A stretch of DNA of 64,000 bases from Oscillospiraceae bacterium (lineage in GTDB: Bacteria > Bacillota > Clostridia > Oscillospirales > UBA929). How positions within the stretch are numbered: position 1 is the stretch's first letter; each line of letters begins with the position of its first letter. Location: the NCBI GenBank assembly GCA_009784085.1, contig WRCJ01000001.1, positions 66 through 64,065 of the forward strand. Direction: 5' to 3'. The translations under genes and the position numbers were made by a program. This document shows, piece by piece, positions 52,138 through 62,773 of this stretch. The notes beneath the pieces were generated by a model. The model made no database searches and was not told the origin of the DNA. It was given only the letters and a program-made list of their open reading frames with translations.

Positions 52138-53349
52138 ATGAACGATGACATGATCAATGACAGGAACAAGGACATGGGCAGGAAAAATGGCAACGACATG
52201 GGTAGGAGCATGGGCAGGAGGGATTCTGTTCGTGTGGAAAAGCTTTCGCTTGTGAATTTTCGGAACTTTGAGAAGGAGGCTGTCCGCTTTTTTCCCGGCG
52301 TCAATATTATTTGTGGAAATAACGCGCAAGGAAAGACAAGTCTCTTGGAGGCCGTGTTTTTTTTGGGCGCGGGGAAGAGTTGCCGCACGGCGCGGGAGCG
52401 GGACATGATTCGCATAGGGCAAAAAGAGGGGCGCGTCGAGGCATGTTTTACTTCCGAGGGAAGGGCGCAAACCGTAGAAGCGAGCATATACAAACAACAG
52501 CGCAGGCTTTTTTTTATCAACGGCATCAAACTGAACACGCCCAGGGAACTCTTGGGCCGAATGCCCTGTGTCTTTTTTGGGGCTTCCCAGTTGGATATTG
52601 TGCGCGAGGGCGCGGCGGCGCGGCGGCGTTTCATGGATATCGCCCTCTGCCAGTTGAAGCCGCGCTATCTATCGCATTTGGCGGAGTTTAACCGCTTACT
52701 GGCGCATAAAAAGAGGATACTGGAAGACGCGGCGCAGGGGGCCGCCATGGCGGACGTGTTGCCGGACTTCAACAGGCGCATAGCAAAAATAGCATCCCGC
52801 GTCGTGGCGTACAGGGCGTCCTTTGTCGCGAAGGTGGCGGCGATGGCGTCGGTTTTCCATCGGGAAGCGACGGGGGGTAGGGAGAATATCACGCTCAACT
52901 ATCTGACGCGACCGGCCTTCGAAGAGGGGACAACGGAAGAAGACCATGAGGGAATGTTATATCATGCCCTCAAGAAAATGGAGATGTCGGAGCGGGCGGC
53001 GTTGCGCTGTTTGGTCGGCCCCCATCTGGATGATATCGCAATCTTGATCGATAACGCCGAAGCGCGTAAATATGGGTCGCAGGGGCAGACACGCACGGCG
53101 GCACTGGCGATGGTATTGGCGGAAAGGCAGATATTTAAGGAAGAATTCGGCAGTTTTCCCATCCTTTTATTGGACGACGTATTGTCGGAACTCGATGCGG
53201 CCAGGCAGGCGTTTGTCTTACAGAGAACCGGCGAAGGGCAGGTCATCATTACCTGCTGCAACACGGACATACTGTCCACCTGGAAAGAAGGGCGCGTCAT
53301 CCATATCGAAAATGGGGGGGTCGTGCATGTATCTGCATCTGGGACATAA
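52138..53349 (+). CDS. recF: DNA replication/repair protein RecF
   Basis: LSLVNFRNFEKEAVRFFPGVNIICGNNAQGKTSLLEAV, and the signature and Walker B region LLLDDVLSELD. The start is uncertain: ATG 52138 adds a repetitive MNDDMINDRNKDMGRKNGNDMGRSMGRRD leader. ATG 52210 and GTG 52234 are alternatives. Confidence 0.85.
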   Translation: MNDDMINDRNKDMGRKNGNDMGRSMGRRDSVRVEKLSLVNFRNFEKEAVRFFPGVNIICGNNAQGKTSLLEAVFFLGAGKSCRTARERDMIRIGQKEGRVEACFTSEGRAQTVEASIYKQQRRLFFINGIKLNTPRELLGRMPCVFFGASQLDIVREGAAARRRFMDIALCQLKPRYLSHLAEFNRLLAHKKRILEDAAQGAAMADVLPDFNRRIAKIASRVVAYRASFVAKVAAMASVFHREATGGRENITLNYLTRPAFEEGTTEEDHEGMLYHALKKMEMSERAALRCLVGPHLDDIAILIDNAEARKYGSQGQTRTAALAMVLAERQIFKEEFGSFPILLLDDVLSELDAARQAFVLQRTGEGQVIITCCNTDILSTWKEGRVIHIENGGVVHVSASGT

Positions 53350-53590
53350 CACAGTCGTACCCCACAAATCGATTATCGGAGTATTTGACTTGGAGATTAC
53401 CTCCCATTCCCGGCAAACGCGGGCATTTTTGTCTGAAGCGCAAAAAAAGGGGCAAGTCAAGGCGGTGATCGACGAGTTGCCGGCATCCTTTGTCCTCTGC
53501 GCCATGGACGGGAAGACGACGGTGTATTTGTCGCCTATCTCGGCGGCGACGCTCGGCAAAAGGGCGAGGGAAAATATCCTGGAAGATTGA
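53327..53590 (+). CDS. remB: DUF370 protein (RemB/YaaB-like)
   Basis: MYLHLGHNTVVPHKSIIGVFDL...VYLSPISAATLGKRA, and its conserved position between recF and gyrB. Confidence 0.78.
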   Translation: MYLHLGHNTVVPHKSIIGVFDLEITSHSRQTRAFLSEAQKKGQVKAVIDELPASFVLCAMDGKTTVYLSPISAATLGKRARENILED

Positions 53591-55607
<2,017 letters not shown>

Positions 55608-55677
55608 TTTGATAAAGTTATAACATTACGGAATCAGCGTTGCCGGTCGGGGTACCGTTACCGGTTGGGGGTTTTTT

Positions 55678-58143
55678 ATGTCGGAGACGAAGCATCCTGT
55701 GGATTTCGAAAATCAGAAGATCGTGACGGTGGACTTAGAGCGAGAGATGAAAAAGTCCTACATCGACTATGCCATGTCGGTCATCGTGGGACGCGCGTTG
55801 CCGGATGTGCGCGACGGGCTCAAGCCGGTGCATCGGCGCATCTTGTATACCATGTACGAGGAAAACCTCACGCCGGAAAGGCCGTACCGCAAATCCGCCA
55901 CGGCGGTGGGCGACGTGCTGGGCCGCTACCACCCCCACGGCGACGCATCGGTTTACGACGCGCTTGTGCGCATGGCACAGGACTTTTCGTTGCGCTACCC
56001 GCTCGTGGACGGCCACGGGAACTTCGGATCGGTGGACGGCGACCCGCCCGCCGCCTACCGCTACACCGAGGCGCGTATGTCGAGGATCGCGATGGCGCTC
56101 ATGGCCGATATCGACAAGGAGACCGTGGATTTTGTCCCAAACTACGACAACTCCCGAAGGGAGCCTTGGGTGTTGCCGTCGCGATTCCCCTGCCTGCTGG
56201 TCAACGGGACGACCGGCATCGCGGTGGGCATGGCCACCAACATCCCGCCGCATAACCTGCGCGAGGTCATCGACGCGACCATCTGCGTCTTGGAAAACGA
56301 GGAGGCCGACCTAAACGACCTCATGGAGTATATCCAGGGCCCGGATTTCCCCACGGCGGCCAGCATCTTGGGGCGCGTGGGCATCCGGGCGGCCTATGCC
56401 ACCGGCAGGGGCAGGGTCAAGGTACGCGCCAGGGCCGAGATAGAGGAAACGAAGGGTTCCCGCCAGCGCATCGTGGTCTCGGAGCTCCCCTATATGGTCA
56501 ACAAAACAAGGCTGGTGGAAGCCATTGCCGAGCTGGTCAAGGGGAAGACCATCGAGGGGATCAGCGAAATACGCGACGAGAGCGACCGGGGCGGCATGAA
56601 ATTGGTGATCGAGCTCAAGCGGGACGCCAATGCCCAGGTCGTGCTCAACAAGCTGTACGCCCATACGGCCATGCAGTCCACCTTCGCCATCAACATGCTG
56701 GCCCTGGTCGATGGGAAGCCCGTGATCCTCTCCTTGCGGGAGACGCTCGATCATTACATCGCCCACCAAATCGAGGTCATCGTCCGCCGCACGAGGTTCC
56801 TGCTCAAGCGCGCGCATGACCGGGCTCATCTCTTGGAGGGCTTGCGCGTCGCCGTAGACAATTTGGACGAGGTGATCGCGATCATCCGCGGGTCATACAG
56901 CAACGCGAAAGCCAAGCTCATGGAGCGGTTTTCGTTGACGGACGCGCAGGGGCAGGCGATCGTCGATTTCAGGTTGGGCCGCTTGCAGGGGCTGGAACTG
57001 GAAAAAATAGAGAATGAATACCGGGAACTGATGGAGAAAATCAGGCGGTATCAGGAAATATTGGCATCCGACGAAGAGGTTCGCGCCATTTTGCGCGAGG
57101 AATTGCTGGAAATCAGGGAGAAGTTCGGCGACGATCGCCGCACGGAGATTGTGCCCGTGGACGACGAGATAGACATCGAGGATCTGATCGAGCGCGAGGA
57201 CTGCGTGTACACGCTGACCCACGCCGGGTACATCAAGCGCATACAAAAATCGGTTTACCGCACCCAGCGGCGGGGCGGGAAGGGCGTGACCGCCCAGACG
57301 ATGCGCGAAGAGGACTATGTGGAGGAGCTGTTCGTGGCGTCCACGCACGACGTGATGCTGTTCTTCACCAACTATGGGCGCCTGTACCGCAAGAAGGGCT
57401 ACTTTATCCCGGAAGCCGGCCGGGCGGCCAAGGGGATGAATATCGTCAATGTACTGCCGCTGGAGGCAGGGGAGAAGGTGACCGCCATGATCCCGGTCGC
57501 CCAGGACGATCCCAACCGGTTCCTGGTTATGATCACCCGGCGCGGGACCGTCAAGCGCATCGAGCTGGACAGGCTGGAGACCGCCCGCAAAGGGGGCATC
57601 CGCGCGTTGCGCCTGGAGGAGGGCGACGAGCTCATCGCCGTGCGCAAGACCAGCGGGGACGAGGATATCATTTTGGCGTCGCGCGAGGGCATGGCCATTT
57701 GTTTCCGCGAGACGGACATCCGGGAGATGGGTCGCGTGGCCGCCGGCGTGCGGGGCATCCGCTTGGGGCGGGGGGACTACGTTGTGGGCGCGGTCCGCAT
57801 GCACCCGGAGGAAACCTTGCTGACTGTCACGGAGAAGGGATACGGCAAGCGCACCGCGCCGGGGGAATACAGGCGCGGCGGCGAGGCCCAGCACCGGGGA
57901 GGCAAAGGGCTCAAGGCCCATGGCATCACGGAGAAAACAGGGAAAGTGGCCGCCATCAAGGCGGTGGCGGAAGACGACGATGTGTTGTTGATCTCGGACG
58001 ACGGTACCATCATCCGCATGGCGACAAGCGACATCAACCTTTACTCGCGCAGTGCCCAAGGCGTTATCCTCATGCGCATGGCAGGGGATGCCCGCGTGAT
58101 CGCGGTGGCCAGCACGAAGAGCGAGGAAGAGGAAGAGAGCTGA
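55678..58143 (+). CDS. gyrA: DNA gyrase subunit A
   Basis: [28 protein letters not shown], the catalytic AYRYTEARM, and the C-terminal beta-pinwheel repeats. Confidence 0.96.
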   Translation: MSETKHPVDFENQKIVTVDLEREMKKSYIDYAMSVIVGRALPDVRDGLKPVHRRILYTMYEENLTPERPYRKSATAVGDVLGRYHPHGDASVYDALVRMAQDFSLRYPLVDGHGNFGSVDGDPPAAYRYTEARMSRIAMALMADIDKETVDFVPNYDNSRREPWVLPSRFPCLLVNGTTGIAVGMATNIPPHNLREVIDATICVLENEEADLNDLMEYIQGPDFPTAASILGRVGIRAAYATGRGRVKVRARAEIEETKGSRQRIVVSELPYMVNKTRLVEAIAELVKGKTIEGISEIRDESDRGGMKLVIELKRDANAQVVLNKLYAHTAMQSTFAINMLALVDGKPVILSLRETLDHYIAHQIEVIVRRTRFLLKRAHDRAHLLEGLRVAVDNLDEVIAIIRGSYSNAKAKLMERFSLTDAQGQAIVDFRLGRLQGLELEKIENEYRELMEKIRRYQEILASDEEVRAILREELLEIREKFGDDRRTEIVPVDDEIDIEDLIEREDCVYTLTHAGYIKRIQKSVYRTQRRGGKGVTAQTMREEDYVEELFVASTHDVMLFFTNYGRLYRKKGYFIPEAGRAAKGMNIVNVLPLEAGEKVTAMIPVAQDDPNRFLVMITRRGTVKRIELDRLETARKGGIRALRLEEGDELIAVRKTSGDEDIILASREGMAICFRETDIREMGRVAAGVRGIRLGRGDYVVGAVRMHPEETLLTVTEKGYGKRTAPGEYRRGGEAQHRGGKGLKAHGITEKTGKVAAIKAVAEDDDVLLISDDGTIIRMATSDINLYSRSAQGVILMRMAGDARVIAVASTKSEEEEES

Positions 58144-58181
58144 GCTGTAGGCGATATTTTACATGATAGGTGGGGACGGGT

Positions 58182-58790
58182 ATGGATGAAAGAACTGCTA
58201 TTTTTGTATGGGGCTTTACGCTTGCGCTGATGATAATTCTTAGTGTACTCGCCGGGAGAATGGCTCGTGAAAGAAACCGTAATCCCGCAAGATGGGTCAT
58301 TCTATGTCTATTTGTCTCACCTGTCATCGTGGTTATTATCCTGGCCTGCATCGGAGAAAATATGGCCGAAAAACACAAAGAAGAACTCATAGCGGAACAA
58401 GAACGCAATGAAGAGCTGTTGCAGCGGATTCACGAACTCGAAAAGGGAGTAGCGGACGAAGACAAGGAGTCTCAGACAGATATAGACGAAAAACAGGAGG
58501 CCGCCAAAAAACAGGAGGAAGAAGACAGGAGGCAGGAGGAAGCCAGGGAGAGGAGACAGCAGGAGCTGGAGGACAAAGGGATCGCCCTGCTGATCGATAG
58601 CGAGGAAATCATGCAGGATGCCTATACGCGGAGGCTTCTGTACGGCAAGGAAGCGTATATATCCTATTTGCGCCATATGGCCAATGTATTCGATCTGGAG
58701 GGCATCGAATGGACGGATCAGACCATCGACGATATAGATCTCATGCTGAGATCAGAGGAGCCAATGGATGAACTGCAGGATCAACTATGA
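58182..58790 (+). CDS. Hypothetical membrane protein with two TM helices and a Glu/Lys-rich coiled-coil segment
   Basis: TAIFVWGFTLALMIILSVLAG and WVILCLFVSPVIVVIILACIG, followed by EELIAEQERNEELLQRIHELEK... It has an ATGA overlap with rnhA. Confidence 0.5.
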   Translation: MDERTAIFVWGFTLALMIILSVLAGRMARERNRNPARWVILCLFVSPVIVVIILACIGENMAEKHKEELIAEQERNEELLQRIHELEKGVADEDKESQTDIDEKQEAAKKQEEEDRRQEEARERRQQELEDKGIALLIDSEEIMQDAYTRRLLYGKEAYISYLRHMANVFDLEGIEWTDQTIDDIDLMLRSEEPMDELQDQL

Positions 58791-59218
58791 AACACATCAC
58801 GCTCTACACGGACGGGGCTTGTTCCGGGAACCCCGGGCCGGGGGGCTGGGCCGCTATTTTGCGGTATGGGGAACATGAGAGGGAACTCTCCGGCGGCGAG
58901 CCACATACCACCAACAACCGCATGGAACTGACCGCCGTCATCGAGGGGCTGCGGGCGCTCAAGGAACCTTGCGAAGTGCGCGTGTATTCCGACTCCAAAT
59001 ACGTCGTGGACGGCATGTCCCTGGGCTGGGCGGCCAAATGGCGGGCGCGCGGCTGGAAAAAGGCCGACAAGTCGCCCGCCCTGAACCCCGACCTGTGGGG
59101 GACGATGCTGGATTTATGCCAGTTGCACAACGTGTCGTTTACCTGGGTGCGCGGACACGCCGACAACGCCTACAACAACCGTTGCGACAAACTGGCCGTG
59201 GGCGCCATACCCCAGTAA
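58787..59218 (+). CDS. rnhA: Ribonuclease HI
   Basis: ITLYTDGACSGNPGPGGWAAIL...TTNNRMELTAVIEGL...SDSKYV...W.WVRGHA. Confidence 0.9.
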   Translation: MKHITLYTDGACSGNPGPGGWAAILRYGEHERELSGGEPHTTNNRMELTAVIEGLRALKEPCEVRVYSDSKYVVDGMSLGWAAKWRARGWKKADKSPALNPDLWGTMLDLCQLHNVSFTWVRGHADNAYNNRCDKLAVGAIPQ

Positions 59219-59273
59219 GGGGTGTCATGCCCATATATGTGGCATCGCGAATGTTCGAGGTGAATTTGAATTC

Positions 59274-61343
59274 ATGAAAAAATGGAAATTTTATCTGCGG
59301 CTTGCCCCGATGGTCGTCATCATGGCCTTGTTTTTGTTGGGCGCCACGGCGCGTCTCTACAACCTGCAGATTACCCATCGCGAAGAAAACAAAAAACAGG
59401 CGGAAAAACGACAGGCGAGGATGGTCGCGCTGCCGGCGACGCGCGGCGAGTTGCTGGATCGGTATGGGCGCCCGTTGGTGACCAACTATACCACGTACGC
59501 GCTCCGGATCGACCTAAACCGGTTGCTCATCGCCAGCGACGACCCCAACGAGGTCATCGATCGCCTCACGCGCCTGATGAAAGAACAGGGCGTCCGCTAC
59601 GAGGACACGTTCCCCATCCTGCCGGATCCGTACCATTTCAAGTTCAACATCGGCGAGAAGGAAAAGACGTACCTAAAGCAATTCACGGAGAAACTTGGGT
59701 GGCCGGAAGACATGGCCGCCCCGGAACTCATGGAAAAGATCAAAGAACTCTTTGGCATCAGCGACGAATACGCCCAGGCGGACGCGCGGCGCATAGCGGC
59801 CATCCGGTACGAAATGGAGCTACGCCGGGTGCTTCAGACCAACGAGCCGTACTACTACATCCCGGACTATCAGTTTGCCACCGAAGTGGATATGACCATC
59901 GTGGGCATGGTGCGCGAACAGGATTTCCCCGGCGTCATGGTGGAGACGGTACCCGTACGGGAATACCGCACGCAATATGCGGCCCATTTGCTGGGCATGG
60001 TGGGCCGGATCCCCGAAGGGCGGGCGGCGGAATATAAAGAGAAGGAATACGCCGCCGATGAATTGGTTGGGTTGGGCGGTTTGGAGGAAGGGCTGGAAAA
60101 ATGGCTTCGCGGCAAGCCCGGATGGCGCGAAGAAGAAACCAACACCTCCGGGAAGATCACCAATATCCTCAATAGCAAGAAGCCGGAACCGGGGAACAAC
60201 TGTTTTTTGACCATCGACATCCTGCTTCAGGAAAAGGTGGAGCATGCGCTGGAAGAAGGCATACTTTCACTGCGGGAGCAGGGGGAGCGCGGCGGGCTTA
60301 TCGACAAGCATTTGGCCGCCGGGGGCGCCGCCGTCCTGATGGATCTCAGAACCGGCGAGATACTGGCCATGGCGTCCTACCCGACCTATGATCTGATAAA
60401 CTTTGCGGAGAACTTCGAGGAACTGAACCAGGATCCGATGAGCCCCATGCTCAATCGGGCCGTCGCCGCCGCGTATGAGCCGGGATCGACCTTTAAGATG
60501 GCGTCGGCGATGGCCGCCTTGGAGGCGGAAGTGATTACACCCACCTCCACCATCTTTGACGAAGTGGTATATACCCGTTATGCCCCCAGCTATACGCCCA
60601 AGTGTACGGGTAGCCATGGGAGCATCAATGTGGCCGACGCCCTCCGGGTCTCGTGCAACTATTTCTTTTACGAGTCCGCGTACAGGACAAAGATAGAAAC
60701 CATGAACGTCTACGCGAAGAAGCTGGGCTTTGGCGTGAAAACAAACGTCGAGCTGCCGGGGGAGCGGGATGGCGTCTTAGCGGGCCCGGAGTATTGCGAG
60801 AAACAGGGCCTCTATTGGTACGACGGCGATGTGCTGCAAGCGGCTATCGGGCAGTCATACAACCTCATCACGCCGATCCAGCTGTGTAGCTATGTGGCGA
60901 CGCTGGCCAACGGGGGCGTCAGGTGCAAGCCGCACCTGCTGAACATGGTCAAGTCCTTCGATTACGCCAGCACGATATACGTGGAGACCATGGAAGTGGT
61001 CGAACGGTTGGAACTCAAGGACGGCACGCTGGAAGCTATCTTGTCCGGGATGAGGATGGTATGCGAGCCGGGCGGCACGGCGGCGCGCACGTTCGCGGAT
61101 TACCCATACCCGGTGGGCGGCAAGACGGGTTCCGCGCAGACGTTGATCGACGGCCGGCCGGCCAACGGTGTCTTTGTGGCGTTTGCCCCCTTTGACGATC
61201 CGCAAGTGGCCGTGGCTGTCGTGGTGGAGAAAGGCGGATCGGGTTCCGCCGTGGCGCCCATCGCGAGGGACGTATTTGACGCCTATTTCCAGAGCCAGGA
61301 GACCATGAGCAAAAGAATGCCGGAGAATCAATTGCATGGGTGA
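59274..61343 (+). CDS. mrdA: Class B penicillin-binding protein (PBP2-type transpeptidase)
   Basis: N-terminal TM, RGELLDRYGRPL, and the active-site motifs STFK (EPGSTFKM), SCN (RVSCNYFF) and KTG (GGKTGSAQ). Confidence 0.85.
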   Translation: MKKWKFYLRLAPMVVIMALFLLGATARLYNLQITHREENKKQAEKRQARMVALPATRGELLDRYGRPLVTNYTTYALRIDLNRLLIASDDPNEVIDRLTRLMKEQGVRYEDTFPILPDPYHFKFNIGEKEKTYLKQFTEKLGWPEDMAAPELMEKIKELFGISDEYAQADARRIAAIRYEMELRRVLQTNEPYYYIPDYQFATEVDMTIVGMVREQDFPGVMVETVPVREYRTQYAAHLLGMVGRIPEGRAAEYKEKEYAADELVGLGGLEEGLEKWLRGKPGWREEETNTSGKITNILNSKKPEPGNNCFLTIDILLQEKVEHALEEGILSLREQGERGGLIDKHLAAGGAAVLMDLRTGEILAMASYPTYDLINFAENFEELNQDPMSPMLNRAVAAAYEPGSTFKMASAMAALEAEVITPTSTIFDEVVYTRYAPSYTPKCTGSHGSINVADALRVSCNYFFYESAYRTKIETMNVYAKKLGFGVKTNVELPGERDGVLAGPEYCEKQGLYWYDGDVLQAAIGQSYNLITPIQLCSYVATLANGGVRCKPHLLNMVKSFDYASTIYVETMEVVERLELKDGTLEAILSGMRMVCEPGGTAARTFADYPYPVGGKTGSAQTLIDGRPANGVFVAFAPFDDPQVAVAVVVEKGGSGSAVAPIARDVFDAYFQSQETMSKRMPENQLHG

Positions 61344-61360
61344 GAATTGTATGATATAAT
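61332..61360 (+). promoter_or_regulatory. Promoter candidate (TTGCAT, 17 nt spacer, TGaTATAAT) inside the PBP gene end
   Basis: ttgcat at 61332-61337, and tataat at 61355-61360 preceded by tga. Confidence 0.4.
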
Positions 61361-61449
61361 GGATGCCTGAAAAACTGCGGTTTTTCATAAGGCGGGGAGA
61401 TTGATATCCCGTTGATTCAGCAAGGGTTATGTCACTGGGGGGTGAACTC

Positions 61450-62250
61450 TTGGGAAAGGCCATACTGGTGACGTCCGGGAAGGGCGGTACAGGGAAAACA
61501 ACGCTTACGGCTGGACTTGCCGCATGTTTGGCGGCGATGGGGCGGCGCGTCGTCTGTATCGATGCCGACGTCGGCCTGCGCAATTTGGATCTCGTGCTGG
61601 GCATGCCGGACGCGGCGGCGTTGGATTTTCATGATGTCCTGACCGGGGGGGCTGTTCTCCGGGAAGCCTTGTATCGGCATCCGCAGATCCCGGGGCTCTA
61701 TCTATTGTCCGCGCCGTCGGAGCGGAAGGCGGGGCAAATCGTCCCGGAATTGTTTTCCGAAATGGTCAAGGCATTGCAGAAACACTGCGATTATTGCATG
61801 GTCGATTGCGCGGCCGGGTTGGGCGAGAGCTTCGCTTTGGCCGCCGGCGCCTGCGACCACGCCATCGTGGTGGGGAATTTGGAGCCCGCGGCCATACGCG
61901 ACGCCACGCGGACGGCGGAACTCCTCCACAACCAGAACCTCAAGGCGGTGTGGCTGGCGCTCAACAGGGTGCGGCCCGAGCTCGTGGCCTATGGCAGCGC
62001 CAATGTGGACGATGCCATGGATACCGTGGGGTTGCCGTTGCTGGGGCTTGTCCCGGAGGATATTTCGGTGATCGACGCGGCCAATAAGTACATGCCGATT
62101 ATCCTCTATGGGCAGACCGACGCCGCCCTCGCCATGTTGCGCATGGCCAAGCGGCTGGAAGGGGAGCGTATCCCGTTGCCCGGGAAGAGCATTAAATCAC
62201 GCTATCACGCGCACAAGATATCCCTAAAAAAGACAGGAGGACGTATATGA
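61450..62250 (+). CDS. minD: MinD/ParA-family ATPase (MinD-like)
   Basis: GKAILVTSGKGGTGKTTLTAGLAACLAAMGRRVVCIDADVGLRNLDLVLG. TTG 61450 has RBS GGGGGG upstream; the track start ATG 61429 is an alternative. Confidence 0.7.
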   Translation: MGKAILVTSGKGGTGKTTLTAGLAACLAAMGRRVVCIDADVGLRNLDLVLGMPDAAALDFHDVLTGGAVLREALYRHPQIPGLYLLSAPSERKAGQIVPELFSEMVKALQKHCDYCMVDCAAGLGESFALAAGACDHAIVVGNLEPAAIRDATRTAELLHNQNLKAVWLALNRVRPELVAYGSANVDDAMDTVGLPLLGLVPEDISVIDAANKYMPIILYGQTDAALAMLRMAKRLEGERIPLPGKSIKSRYHAHKISLKKTGGRI

Positions 62251-62648
62251 ACATCGCATTGGTAGCCCGTGATATGAAAAAAGAGTTGATGGTGCAATTT
62301 TGTATCGCGTACAAGGGCATATTGTCGCGGCACACGCTATATGCAACGGCTACGACGGGGAAGCTCGTGGCGGAGGCCAGCGGTTTGCCGGTGAATAAGT
62401 TTTTATCCGCGCTACAAGGCGGCGAACAGCAAATCGGGGCGCGCATCGCCTATAACGAGATCGATTTGCTCATCATGTTCCGCGACCCGATATCCGCGGG
62501 TTTGCAGGAGGGGGAAGGCTCGTTGCTGCGCCTGTGCGACCTGCACAATGTGCCTGTGGCGACCAATGTGGCGACCGCCGAGGTGCTGATCCATGGCTTG
62601 GCGCGGGGCGACATCGACTGGCGCGACATCGTCAACCCCAAGAAATAG
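62247..62648 (+). CDS. Methylglyoxal synthase-like (MGS domain) protein with substituted catalytic positions
   Basis: NIALVARDMKKELMVQFCIAY..LYATATTG...GGEQQIGARIA..IDLLIMFRDP...LLRLCDLHNVPVATNVATAE aligns end to end with MgsA as I remember it. It has an ATGA overlap with minD. Confidence 0.75.
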   Translation: MNIALVARDMKKELMVQFCIAYKGILSRHTLYATATTGKLVAEASGLPVNKFLSALQGGEQQIGARIAYNEIDLLIMFRDPISAGLQEGEGSLLRLCDLHNVPVATNVATAEVLIHGLARGDIDWRDIVNPKK

Positions 62649-62773
62649 GCTTTCCCAAGATGTGGGATTTTATCAAATTGAGGCGACCTATTCGCGAAAT
62701 TCGGTGGTAGGGCCGGGATCCCAGATTACCAGTTGGGATCCACAGCCCCCCAGCCGGGTTCGGAGGTGGTAAA

